From a candidate division WWE3 bacterium RIFOXYB1_FULL_43_24 (GTDB taxonomy: Bacteria; Patescibacteriota; WWE3; UBA101185; UBA10185), in the NCBI GenBank assembly GCA_001773135.1, contig MEVX01000003.1, forward strand, positions 172 to 64,171: a stretch of 64,000 nt of DNA, read 5' to 3'. The stretch's first letter is position 1. Each line of letters begins with the position of its first letter. Positions 26,515-36,178 of the stretch are shown here, piece by piece. Position numbers and translations under genes: made by a program. Under the pieces are notes generated by a model. That model saw only the letters and a program-made list of their open reading frames with translations. It had not been told where the DNA came from and ran no database searches.

Positions 26515-28125
26515 CTACTCTTTTTTTGCAGTAACACTTCCGAACATACTCTTGAGTGCATTTCCCCAAAATTTCGGTGAAGTCCAATTTACCTTTGTCT
26601 GTTCTTTATCAAAATCTAATAAATGCCCTATCAACTTCCATGCCGAATACCATAAAAATCTTACGTCGTTAAGATTTCTGACAGAAAGTATTTTTCTGAA
26701 AATATACTGCGGTGTAAAAAAAGATGAGTACAAAGATTGAGTTAATTCATACAAACGCTCGTTTGAAAAAGGAATTTTCATCACCGGTGCTCTCATATCA
26801 AATTTCTCATAATCTTTTGCGTCAACCTGCAACCAATCTTTTTCTACACATTCTTTATATAAAGGTGTGCCGGGGTAAGGAATGACGATAGTAGCCTGCA
26901 TAGTGTCTACATAACCCTTTTTAAACAAATCTTTGGCCAAGTCTATAGTCTTTTGAGCCATTTCCTCGGTCTCCCAGGGATAACCCAACATAACGGTTAT
27001 GTGAGGTTCCAAACCTGCCTTTTTAGCTATTCTGGCGCCTTCTGCAATCTCCTCTACCTTCAGTCCTTTATCCAGTTTGTCCAAAGTAAACTGATTCGCC
27101 GATTCCATTCCGTATAAAATGAATCTGAAATTGGCCTTGTTCATTAATTCGTAGTATTCGGACGTAAGGGCATTCAGTCTCATGTTGCACCCGATGACTA
27201 CTTTTTTGTTGTACCCTGACTCGATTAACAGCTCACAAAACTTTTTCAACGGTGGTCCGACAAATAAAGTTCCGGCGTCATCGAATATTTCTTTAACACC
27301 GTAGTTATCGACAACATGTTTAACTTCGGCAAAAAGTCTTTCGGGAGAAAATCTTCTATAAAAACCCTGGGGATTTAACGTGTGATCCCAGACACAAAAT
27401 GTACATCTATTCCACCAACAGTCTCTTCCCGAATACATGTAGGTCGCCGGCGTATATTTATAATTTCCGTTCGCATACGCATAGAGTTTCCATTTTGTAA
27501 GGTCGCGGTCAACAAATGGAAGGTCGTCGAGATTATGTTGAAGTTCTAAAGGACCGCTTTGAAAGTACTCTTCTTCGCCGGATATTTCAGACTTGTGCAT
27601 TTTTAACCACTTGGGATCGATTGAAACTCTTTTGTCTCCTTTTCTACCATAGATTCCACCGGGCAAAAAAGTCTTATTTTTTATGGCATCCAGCATATCG
27701 CTTAGTAAAAAGTCGTAATCACCCCCTGTAATAATGTAATCGATTTTGCAGGCATCCAGGGTTTCTATGGGGTTCCAGGTTACATGGTCTCCGACAAGAA
27801 TGATTGTCATTTCAGGGAATTTCTCTTTTAACTCGTCAATTATTTTCCAGTGAAATTTCAAAACGGGAGCTTTGGTTTCCAGCATAAGGTAATCGGGCTT
27901 TTCGTTATCGAGCTCTGTGAGCCATTCTGCGTACGTTTTTTTCTCGGCAATACCGTCCATCCACACGACATCGTATCCGCGCTCTTTGGCTAAAGAGGCT
28001 GCGTAAGCCGGTACCATGGGATATATGTATGTCGGGGCGTTGAAATACTGGAACTGTCTGTTTTGAGACAGCAGGGGCACTCCTTTGAGTTGATCTATTG
28101 GAGGATAACCTATGACTAACTTCAC
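26515..28125 (-). CDS. Radical SAM protein with N-terminal cobalamin-binding-like domain
   Basis: GRDCWWNRCTFC cluster motif, LVGDH, FDDAG, YGMESAN, PYPGTPLY. Confidence 0.85.
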   Translation of the reverse strand: MKLVIGYPPIDQLKGVPLLSQNRQFQYFNAPTYIYPMVPAYAASLAKERGYDVVWMDGIAEKKTYAEWLTELDNEKPDYLMLETKAPVLKFHWKIIDELKEKFPEMTIILVGDHVTWNPIETLDACKIDYIITGGDYDFLLSDMLDAIKNKTFLPGGIYGRKGDKRVSIDPKWLKMHKSEISGEEEYFQSGPLELQHNLDDLPFVDRDLTKWKLYAYANGNYKYTPATYMYSGRDCWWNRCTFCVWDHTLNPQGFYRRFSPERLFAEVKHVVDNYGVKEIFDDAGTLFVGPPLKKFCELLIESGYNKKVVIGCNMRLNALTSEYYELMNKANFRFILYGMESANQFTLDKLDKGLKVEEIAEGARIAKKAGLEPHITVMLGYPWETEEMAQKTIDLAKDLFKKGYVDTMQATIVIPYPGTPLYKECVEKDWLQVDAKDYEKFDMRAPVMKIPFSNERLYELTQSLYSSFFTPQYIFRKILSVRNLNDVRFLWYSAWKLIGHLLDFDKEQTKVNWTSPKFWGNALKSMFGSVTAKKE

Positions 28126-28179
28126 CTGAACAGTATATATAAACTATCTAATAAGTTCAAGGAGTATATAGATGGGTAT

Positions 28180-28437
28180 CTATTTGTTCTCAGGGTACAA
28201 AACGTTACCTTCAAGATCTTCAACAATTATTGCTGTTGTCGGGCAGCTTTTAGCGCCTTTTATGATTTCTTCCGCTTCATTCCACGTGCCTTCTTTCGCG
28301 TAAACGATTCCATTGGGGTCAAGATCAAAAGTTTCGGGCGCATGTATTACACAGGTCGCCGCACTTATACATTTTTCATTTATAACTTTTATAATTACCT
28401 TTGAGTTTGGATTCCTATAAGTAGAGATCTCTTCCAT
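28180..28437 (-). CDS. Ferredoxin (single cluster, CxxAxxC...CP, 3Fe-4S-like)
   Basis: CISAATC..APETF...AKSCPTTAI. Confidence 0.85.
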   Translation of the reverse strand: MEEISTYRNPNSKVIIKVINEKCISAATCVIHAPETFDLDPNGIVYAKEGTWNEAEEIIKGAKSCPTTAIIVEDLEGNVLYPENK

Positions 28438-28439
28438 TT

Positions 28440-29453
28440 TTATCCTCCTAAATAATTTCCTGTTGCTTTATCGATGCCCCTTAATTTTAACTTGGGTTTT
28501 TTGATTATACCAACTATAAAATTAAATCCATAAACTACGTGGGTCAAAAATATTCCTGCGGGAACGTAAAAAAGTGTTTTTAAATTTCTGTCTTTTAAAA
28601 AAACGCGCAGCCCTTCAATCAATAACATCGCTGTGTATATTAATAAACCGGCCAGATAAAATTTCCATAATTGCGGAACTAGTAAAGACACAAAAGGACC
28701 GGACACCAAACCGGTCAGAAACACCGATGGGGCAAAATATGAAGGAAGTCTGGAGGTCTCGGGAAATATCCTGGCAAACTGCCCCCTGTGGCGTCCGTAC
28801 CTGGATATTTGCTTTAGGTGCGGGATAAAAAGGTTCCTCCTGTGGTGGTACACGACCGGTTTAGAGTCATATTTAAACTTACGACCGTAGGTTTTTACAA
28901 GTTCCAGACAGAGCTTAGTGTCCTCTCCGGGCCAAAATTCGATTGGAAACCCCCCTGCTCTCTCGAAAGCTTCTTTTCTCACAAACAAATTGACGGTGGG
29001 GTAGTCAGATATTTCCATACTTTTTCCGGGTTTATGTCTGTATACTGTTCCGGCGCTTGCCATGTATGACTCCAGTACTCTGCCCGACATTTTTTCCAAA
29101 AATTGGGCGTCTTTCGGTGTCATAGCCGGACCTCCTAATGCGTACACCCCGCTATCTGCAAAAATTTCAACTGCCCTATCCAGCCAATCTTTCTCGGGGT
29201 AGGCGTCATCGTCCAAAAAGGCTAATATATCTCCCAATGCTTTTACTGCCCCGACATTCCTTTTTTCTCCCGGACCTATCGGTCCTGAAGCGACTAAAAC
29301 AAACCTTTGATCCTGAAAATCATACTTCTCTTCTTCATCCGTAATTATTATTACTTCAAAATTTTTGTAAGAAAGTTCTTTCAGATGGGAAATGTTCTCT
29401 TGCAAGAACACATTTATTTTTCTGACTGGGATAATAATACTGAACTTATTCAT
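28440..29453 (-). CDS. GT2 family glycosyltransferase with C-terminal TM helices
   Basis: FSIIIPV, KRNVG, FLDDD, GGF, GEDT. Confidence 0.9.
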   Translation of the reverse strand: MNKFSIIIPVRKINVFLQENISHLKELSYKNFEVIIITDEEEKYDFQDQRFVLVASGPIGPGEKRNVGAVKALGDILAFLDDDAYPEKDWLDRAVEIFADSGVYALGGPAMTPKDAQFLEKMSGRVLESYMASAGTVYRHKPGKSMEISDYPTVNLFVRKEAFERAGGFPIEFWPGEDTKLCLELVKTYGRKFKYDSKPVVYHHRRNLFIPHLKQISRYGRHRGQFARIFPETSRLPSYFAPSVFLTGLVSGPFVSLLVPQLWKFYLAGLLIYTAMLLIEGLRVFLKDRNLKTLFYVPAGIFLTHVVYGFNFIVGIIKKPKLKLRGIDKATGNYLGG

Positions 29454-30279
29454 CTTTTAACTCTCCGGTGTTTACTCTCATTTCCAGTTCTTTGTCGTAT
29501 ACCCACTTACGGTTGCTATGATCATCGTAATATTTTAGAATTTTTAATCTATAAAAAACCGCGGCCGTGTCCGCGAGCATATTTCTGATGTGTTTGTCGA
29601 AGACAAAAAATGGCGAAAAAGTTGAAGCTGAAAAATCAATCGTGACATAGACCGGTGCTTCGTATATTTTGTCAAAGCCCAGGTGATTAGCCACAGCTAA
29701 AAGCTCTATATCAAAGGCAAACTTCTTTATCGCCAATCTGGATAGTACCTTTTCCAGAACTTCCCTCTTCATAACTTTCAGGCCTGTTTGTGTATCCTTT
29801 AGCTTTAAACCGAAAAGAAGCCGCACCATCGTGTGATAACCCCAGCTATATACTCTCCTAACGGCAGGATAATTAACTTTTGAAACCGGGTGTTTCTTAC
29901 TCCCCACAATAATATCGGCCCCGTACCACTCCATATGTTCCAACAACATTGAGATCCCGTTCGGGTTTATATCCATTCCCGCGTCTATAAAACAAACATA
30001 ATCTCCCGACGCCCTTGCCATTCCATATCTTATTGCGTAGCCCTTACCTTTATTAGTTTCGTAACCGAAAACTTTCAGTTTTTTATTCTGTAAAGATTTG
30101 GCAATGTCGTATGTTTTATCTAGTAAGCCGTCGACAACAACAATTATTTCAAAATCCCATCTGGTCTGAAGCATCGTGTTCAGGATATTTTCAAGATCTT
30201 GTTTGATAGTTTTTTCTTGTTTATAGGCAGGGACAATTATCGAAACTAGTTTTTCAGATTTCTTTTGCTCTTTTTCCAT
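29446..30279 (-). CDS. GT2, polyprenol-phosphate sugar synthase-like
   Basis: SIIVPAY, NKGKGYAI, DTQTGLK, FAFDIELL. Confidence 0.85.
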   Translation of the reverse strand: MEKEQKKSEKLVSIIVPAYKQEKTIKQDLENILNTMLQTRWDFEIIVVVDGLLDKTYDIAKSLQNKKLKVFGYETNKGKGYAIRYGMARASGDYVCFIDAGMDINPNGISMLLEHMEWYGADIIVGSKKHPVSKVNYPAVRRVYSWGYHTMVRLLFGLKLKDTQTGLKVMKREVLEKVLSRLAIKKFAFDIELLAVANHLGFDKIYEAPVYVTIDFSASTFSPFFVFDKHIRNMLADTAAVFYRLKILKYYDDHSNRKWVYDKELEMRVNTGELKDE

Positions 30280-31531
30280 TGTTACCTACTATAAAGAATA
30301 TTGTAAGAAGTACTAGGCTGATTATACCAGCATATATGTCAGCTCTGATTATATCGTACAACGTCGCGTGGTTTGTAGTTATAAGCACGTACTGTACAAC
30401 TAAGCCGGGGAATAGCAGCAAGAACACCGAGGTTCTACTGACGGCCAAAAAGAAGAGTACAAGAAAGTTTATGATTATGTACAACCCTATAAATAAGGCA
30501 AAAGCAGGCAAGTATTCTACGGAGTTCATAAACCTTTCTCCGAAGAACAACCTGGTAAGGAAGCCCGGGAAAACAGAAAAAGCTACCAATCCTCCGGCAA
30601 CCAGCACTAACTGCAGTGATAAAAATTTGAAAAACGCCCGGCCATAATTTAAACCCCGTGCTGCCAAAGAAGATATTGTAGGGAACATTACCGTAGAAAC
30701 TGCTCCTGCACCGAACAAAAATATTTTTCCCAAAGTAACGGTGCCCGCATAATAACCTGCCATCTCAGGTTCAAAATATTTTTTAACTAAAATAAGGTCT
30801 ATATTATTTAAAAACATTAATCCGAAATTCACGAACATTACAGGCAAACTAAACGCGACCAATCTTTTATAGTCTTGCATCAGACTAATGTTTTCAAATA
30901 CAGTAAGGTTTCTCCGTAAAATAAAAAATGCGCTAACCAATGCTGCCACACCTCCGACAAACATTCCCCCGAAAGCACCCGCTAATTTAAACCCCAACAG
31001 TACGGCAAGAACCGAAAACGTAAAACGGTACGCACTCGACATTACGTTAAAAAACGCGAAAGCACGGTATCTTAGCAAACCCTGAAAGTACGCGGACGGT
31101 ATCACCCCGGCAAAGGCTAATCCCATAGAAATACCATAAACACTAATAATCCCAATATCATAAATCTTTAACTGTTCTGAGATACTAAATCTTAGTAAAA
31201 AGATAGCGAGTGAGATTCCGATCCCGAGCACCAGTGATATAACTAGTAACTTCCAATATAAAGCTGTAAGTTTTTTTGAATCCTGCCTCGAAGAAAGTTC
31301 AGAAACATATTTTATAAGGGATACACTAAAAACCCCGGCAGGGACACCGACTAAATATGACAAAGAAATTAGAGCGTTAAAAGTTCCGAAGTCCGCGACC
31401 GAAAGTATTCTTCCGAAAATAAACTGCAGTAAATAGGAAAAAATTGATGCCAGAACACTTCCGGCTCCTATGTATACCGTACCCATCAAATATTTATTAG
31501 TCTTAACTTTTTGTATGAAAGCGCCGATCAT
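30254..31531 (-). CDS. Wzx-like flippase
   Basis: GRILSVADFG, DLILVK..F...AGYYAG, VMFP; many TM helices. Confidence 0.85.
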   Translation of the reverse strand: MIGAFIQKVKTNKYLMGTVYIGAGSVLASIFSYLLQFIFGRILSVADFGTFNALISLSYLVGVPAGVFSVSLIKYVSELSSRQDSKKLTALYWKLLVISLVLGIGISLAIFLLRFSISEQLKIYDIGIISVYGISMGLAFAGVIPSAYFQGLLRYRAFAFFNVMSSAYRFTFSVLAVLLGFKLAGAFGGMFVGGVAALVSAFFILRRNLTVFENISLMQDYKRLVAFSLPVMFVNFGLMFLNNIDLILVKKYFEPEMAGYYAGTVTLGKIFLFGAGAVSTVMFPTISSLAARGLNYGRAFFKFLSLQLVLVAGGLVAFSVFPGFLTRLFFGERFMNSVEYLPAFALFIGLYIIINFLVLFFLAVSRTSVFLLLFPGLVVQYVLITTNHATLYDIIRADIYAGIISLVLLTIFFIVGNNGKRAKEI

Positions 31532-33120
31532 AATGAAGTTCTCTCGTAGACCTTATACACTTCAACACCTCTAAGATAAATGCTATCTATATACTTCAAA
31601 CCAAATCTTTTCTCTTCCGTAGAAATATCATCCCAAACAGGATAGACAAAATACTTCGTCTTTACCGCAAAAGGTGTCAGATCCTCAATAACTGCATATC
31701 CCCCTATTACGCGGAAAAACGGGTGAATCTGGGTGTAATATTTTTCCTGAAAAGCTACGGTTAGTGCGTCCTGCGGGTCAGCCCCGTTTAAAACTTTTTC
31801 CAGAGACGTGTCACCGTAAATAGGCTCAGTTCCGTCTTCAATCATTTTCTTTTCAAAAAAGTTAATCACTTCTCTTTCCCCGATCAACCACTTAGGTTCC
31901 AAAATATTAATTCCTTTTTTAAGGCCGCCGAACATCGGGTTGTAATACGACAAGTAATCGGGGTGAAGATAAAACGCCGGTACCGCCGCCACAGCTATCA
32001 AAGGAATGAATTTTAAGAAACTTCTCCCCTTTACTTTTTCTATCAGCCATATCCAGAAAAATGAGGTAACCATGGATAGCATCATTAAGTTCGGCAAAAT
32101 ATAACGGTCCAGTTTTTTTGTGGGGATTATTAACTGTACAAAATAAAATCCTACGAACAGCAAAGAGTAAAGTAAAAACTTGCGGTGACCTTCATTAAAT
32201 ATTTTTTTCCAAAAAAGCGCGGTTCCGATTAAACCTAAAATCAAGAGATACGAAGATCTTAGACCTAAAACAACAAAATAATAGAAAAAGCCCGGATCCT
32301 CTACCAGTTTTCCGAAGTAAAACTGAGCATGTTCTCTTTCTATTCCTATCTCCGAAACCCCGCGGTATAACGCGGCAAGAGCCTGCCCCGGAAATGCCCA
32401 CATGGCGGGCCAAACTGCCACAAATGTCGCTAAAAACACTAGCAACCATATTCCAATCTTCGGTAAGGTATTCACAATATTTTTGCGTCCCTCTATCAGC
32501 AGAATCAAACCAGCGTAAGGGAACATGAACAAAGCCGATGTCTTGGTTAAAAAAGCTAATCCTGCGAATACTGCGGAGATTATCAATCTTTTTTTCTTAC
32601 CCGACTCCAGCGTGTAATAGTAAAGCCACAAAAAAGACGCCAGCATAAATGTTGACATCAAACCTTCCAAATGAAATTCACGGGTCAGTGCAATATAAAA
32701 CGGCTCCAACGAAAGCAGCGCAAGAACCAACAAAGCTTTTCTTGCCCCGAATAATTTTTTAAGTACAAAAAGTGAGAAACCGAGTGTTACCGCTATTGTT
32801 ATTACAACAAAAAGTTTCTGCACAAAGTGGAGCTGAAAAATCATTGAGACACTATTTTCAGCCGGATAATATCCGGAGTAAAAATTGTAAGCTTTTATCG
32901 CAGCCGTCCCGAGCCACATTAAAGTAACCCCGGGATGATATTTTTGTATTGTCTTTTCCGGATCCCATGTAAAAACTCCCGTCCCGAAATCATAACTCCG
33001 TGCCTTCCATTTCCATACATCGGTATTAAACGTATCGTTTCCCAGATCCGGTAACCTGAAGATTATAAAAAGAAGGACAAAAAGTATACCGAACATATGT
33101 TTCTTTATAAATTTAAGCAT
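31528..33120 (-). CDS. GT-C (ArnT/PMT-like) membrane glycosyltransferase
   Basis: YHPGVTLMW, LEPFY, AFLTK, KKLDRY, YLSYYN. Confidence 0.75.
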   Translation of the reverse strand: MLKFIKKHMFGILFVLLFIIFRLPDLGNDTFNTDVWKWKARSYDFGTGVFTWDPEKTIQKYHPGVTLMWLGTAAIKAYNFYSGYYPAENSVSMIFQLHFVQKLFVVITIAVTLGFSLFVLKKLFGARKALLVLALLSLEPFYIALTREFHLEGLMSTFMLASFLWLYYYTLESGKKKRLIISAVFAGLAFLTKTSALFMFPYAGLILLIEGRKNIVNTLPKIGIWLLVFLATFVAVWPAMWAFPGQALAALYRGVSEIGIEREHAQFYFGKLVEDPGFFYYFVVLGLRSSYLLILGLIGTALFWKKIFNEGHRKFLLYSLLFVGFYFVQLIIPTKKLDRYILPNLMMLSMVTSFFWIWLIEKVKGRSFLKFIPLIAVAAVPAFYLHPDYLSYYNPMFGGLKKGINILEPKWLIGEREVINFFEKKMIEDGTEPIYGDTSLEKVLNGADPQDALTVAFQEKYYTQIHPFFRVIGGYAVIEDLTPFAVKTKYFVYPVWDDISTEEKRFGLKYIDSIYLRGVEVYKVYERTSL

Positions 33121-34622
33121 CAGCGGATCATCTCCTCGACCGTGATATACGGGCCTATTCTACCCTTATTAGACACTTCAAAAATTGCACGGCCTGAAGA
33201 AGTACCTTTATTTAATTCTATGTAATAATACCGCGTACCTTTCGGTAATTTCGCCGGATCTTTTATGGCATCGTTAAATACATACCTGGCCACGGGTTCT
33301 ACATCGGAGCTTCCGTAAACTATTCTAGTTCCCAGCGGAACTTCCTTTTCCAGGAATTTTTTCAAATCAAGACGGGTGTCGTTTCTTAAAAATCTGACCG
33401 AGTTATTAACAGATAAATAGAACGGCGGTAAAAATAATATTAGCATTATAGGAAAGTACAGAGATTTCATTCCCAAACTTGCCTTATTCATAGCCCACAC
33501 ACAGAAGTAACCGAATATTACAGAAAGGAACGGGTACGTAATAAAGTAGTATTGCGAGCGGCTTTTTTCAAAACCCGAAATATAATAAATCAAAGCAAAA
33601 GCCGGAACTATTAAAAACATCAACGAAATATCAAACCTTGAAAATGTTCCTTTTAAAAATCTAATTAGTACTAGGCCGGAAGTTAGAAACAACGCGACTA
33701 AAATTGTATAGCCCAAATCGTCCGAAATCTTGAAACTCATGTCCGTGAAAAACTTTCCCACATGGTCAGCAAAGTTCACTGATCCTACATTTGTGAACTG
33801 CCAAAAAGCCCCGGCCGCAGAGTCGGTTCTGCTAAAAGTCTTGTAGTCTAATAGTGCGTACGGGGTACCGAGTAAAAACCCTAAAAAGGCAAATATTGCG
33901 GACAAAATAAGGTTCAAAATCGTGTGAAAATAGGGAAAATCGCCCCTTGTTTCAGAAAGGCGCATTTTCACCAAAACCCAGCGTAAAAACGCCGCCAAAG
34001 GCACCGTAATGGCTCCCAGACCCCCGTTATATTTGTTCGATGCTGCTATCCCTATAAAAAACCCTGAAAGTATATAGTCTATAGGGTATCCGCGTGCGAG
34101 AATTCGCGCTGCGAAATAAACTCCCCAAGCCATAAAGAACAACATGGGCGCGTCCGGCAGCGAATAATGGGAATGCCACACGTGGAAAGGAATTAGGGTA
34201 AAAGCCAGGGCAGACAAAAGACCGACTTTGTCGCCAAACAAAACTTTACCTGTTTTGTATATCGGAATTACAGTTAAAGCCCCGAGCACTGCTGCAAAAA
34301 CGCGCGTAATAAAATAGAATACGACCGTATCGTCCCACATAAGGGGGAATATTTTTATCATAAAGTTTTGAAAATTATAATCGACTGCGAGATCCCGGAT
34401 CTTTGCAAAAACTTTGAACACAAAATAGTTAGCATATATAAAAAAGTGGGGCCAATCGAAATGACCGGGATTCGGATCAAACCTCACGTCCAGAGCAGAA
34501 CGCACAATGGTGGGTTCGTCGGGGTGAAAAATAAAAGGAAAGCCGTGATTTATTCCGGCCAATCTTAATGCAAGGGCAAGAAATATTATCAGGTATAAAA
34601 GACTACTTGTCTTCCTTGACAT
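33120..34622 (-). CDS. GT-C (PMT/ArnT-like) membrane glycosyltransferase
   Basis: LALRL then HPDEP acidic motif, NPGHFDWP, SNKYNG, GTPY; likely ATG at 34622. Confidence 0.78.
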   Translation of the reverse strand: MSRKTSSLLYLIIFLALALRLAGINHGFPFIFHPDEPTIVRSALDVRFDPNPGHFDWPHFFIYANYFVFKVFAKIRDLAVDYNFQNFMIKIFPLMWDDTVVFYFITRVFAAVLGALTVIPIYKTGKVLFGDKVGLLSALAFTLIPFHVWHSHYSLPDAPMLFFMAWGVYFAARILARGYPIDYILSGFFIGIAASNKYNGGLGAITVPLAAFLRWVLVKMRLSETRGDFPYFHTILNLILSAIFAFLGFLLGTPYALLDYKTFSRTDSAAGAFWQFTNVGSVNFADHVGKFFTDMSFKISDDLGYTILVALFLTSGLVLIRFLKGTFSRFDISLMFLIVPAFALIYYISGFEKSRSQYYFITYPFLSVIFGYFCVWAMNKASLGMKSLYFPIMLILFLPPFYLSVNNSVRFLRNDTRLDLKKFLEKEVPLGTRIVYGSSDVEPVARYVFNDAIKDPAKLPKGTRYYYIELNKGTSSGRAIFEVSNKGRIGPYITVEEMIR

Positions 34623-36177
34623 ATATTCTCCAATACTCCAACCCATTAATGTAAAGCGACGAATCTTTTTTGAATCGGGTTCGGCTCTTCAGCACTTTCT
34701 CAGGCATTTCCTCGTTTATTCCAAGTATCAATAATTCGTAGTCGCTAACCCCGTTAATACGGATGTCTACCACTTTTGAATTTGAATAAATGGCCTTCAT
34801 GGGCTTTGTATCTATAAACCCCAGCTCAACCTCGCTACCGTACCTGTCAACTATGTAATCCTTTAGCGCGGGAACAGCGATACCGAAAGGTTTTTGGGCG
34901 ATGATTCTATTAGCGGATTCGGCCGTACCAACCACCGGGCTTGTGTATGTAAAGTAATAAGGAAAATCTACAACTGCCGGTAATATGTAAAAAAGAGTAA
35001 ACAGGAAAATTGCTATGCTTATAAAAATTTTCCTTAACCTGGCTTTTTTAATTGAAGAGTAGAAACGTACAATTCCGTGCGCTGCCAAAAGTGCTAAAAA
35101 CGGATAAAGGGGCAGCATGTACCTATCAAGTTTTTTTGACGGATAAATCATAACGGAAAAATATCCGAGATAAAATACTGCGAGATAAAGATAAGGGTTA
35201 GAATATTTGGAAGCAACGTTTTTCAGAATTGCCCGAACGGATTTTGTACATTTTATCAAACACAACATAAGGCCTATTATTAAAAACGGTGTGGTTTTAA
35301 TTAGAAGTACCAACGGATAGAATAAAATTCCTGCGTCCTGAGTAGTTTCCCCGAACAGAATTTGTTCGTGACCTTTTCTTATTCCCACTCTTTCGGATTC
35401 GGCAAAAATTTCCGTCAGGTAGTAAACGGGTCTTACCCACATTGCAGGAAAAAGCAGAAAAGTTGTTAATATAAACGAACCCAATATCGTGAAAAAATAT
35501 TTCAAAAGTCCCTTTAAATCTTTTTTATGCGCAAAATAAGCGATCGAAAAAAGTAACACAAAAAAGAGGGCGCCTATACCGATGCTTTTAGTGAGAAATG
35601 AAAGTGATAAGAACACCCCCGCCAAAACTGCCCCTTTATAGCTAAATTCCTTTAAATTTAACCAGCTTATTAGTAGGGCAATAAGCACAAAAAGTGCTAA
35701 CAGCACATCCATGTGGTATAGCCTGGAGTTGCCTATAAAGAAAGGCTCCAGCGAGAAAAGAAACACCGAAAAATAGGCTATTTTGAACCCAAAAACCCGT
35801 GTCAGGTAATATAAAAGGATAAACGTCAAAATTAACTGGGCAAATACCACCGAAACTTTTGCTACGGTGTTAAAGGCTAGGAAGTTGTGCTGGTCATAAG
35901 TGGTGATTCCTGTAATTTGTTTATAAATCTCTATCGGTACTCCGCTAATCCACATTAAAGTCACCCCGGGGTGGTAATGCTGGTAAGTACGTTCAAAATC
36001 CCTCAACTTCAAACCGACTATAAATTGTTGGGACCTGTAGTGCCAATTAACCCCATCGGGATTTACTTCATCGGGGCCGAGAAAAAGAAAACGTGTAAGA
36101 CCGAAGACTAAAATAAAAAAAATGATAGCTACATACTTATTTTTAATAAAACCGATCAAACGTTCGCGTGTTTTCAT
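34603..36177 (-). CDS. GT-C (ArnT/PMT-like) membrane glycosyltransferase, paralog of 31528-33120
   Basis: YHPGVTLMW, LEPFF, SFLTK, KKLDRY. Confidence 0.75.
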   Translation of the reverse strand: MKTRERLIGFIKNKYVAIIFFILVFGLTRFLFLGPDEVNPDGVNWHYRSQQFIVGLKLRDFERTYQHYHPGVTLMWISGVPIEIYKQITGITTYDQHNFLAFNTVAKVSVVFAQLILTFILLYYLTRVFGFKIAYFSVFLFSLEPFFIGNSRLYHMDVLLALFVLIALLISWLNLKEFSYKGAVLAGVFLSLSFLTKSIGIGALFFVLLFSIAYFAHKKDLKGLLKYFFTILGSFILTTFLLFPAMWVRPVYYLTEIFAESERVGIRKGHEQILFGETTQDAGILFYPLVLLIKTTPFLIIGLMLCLIKCTKSVRAILKNVASKYSNPYLYLAVFYLGYFSVMIYPSKKLDRYMLPLYPFLALLAAHGIVRFYSSIKKARLRKIFISIAIFLFTLFYILPAVVDFPYYFTYTSPVVGTAESANRIIAQKPFGIAVPALKDYIVDRYGSEVELGFIDTKPMKAIYSNSKVVDIRINGVSDYELLILGINEEMPEKVLKSRTRFKKDSSLYINGLEYWRIYVKEDK

Positions 36178-36178
36178 A

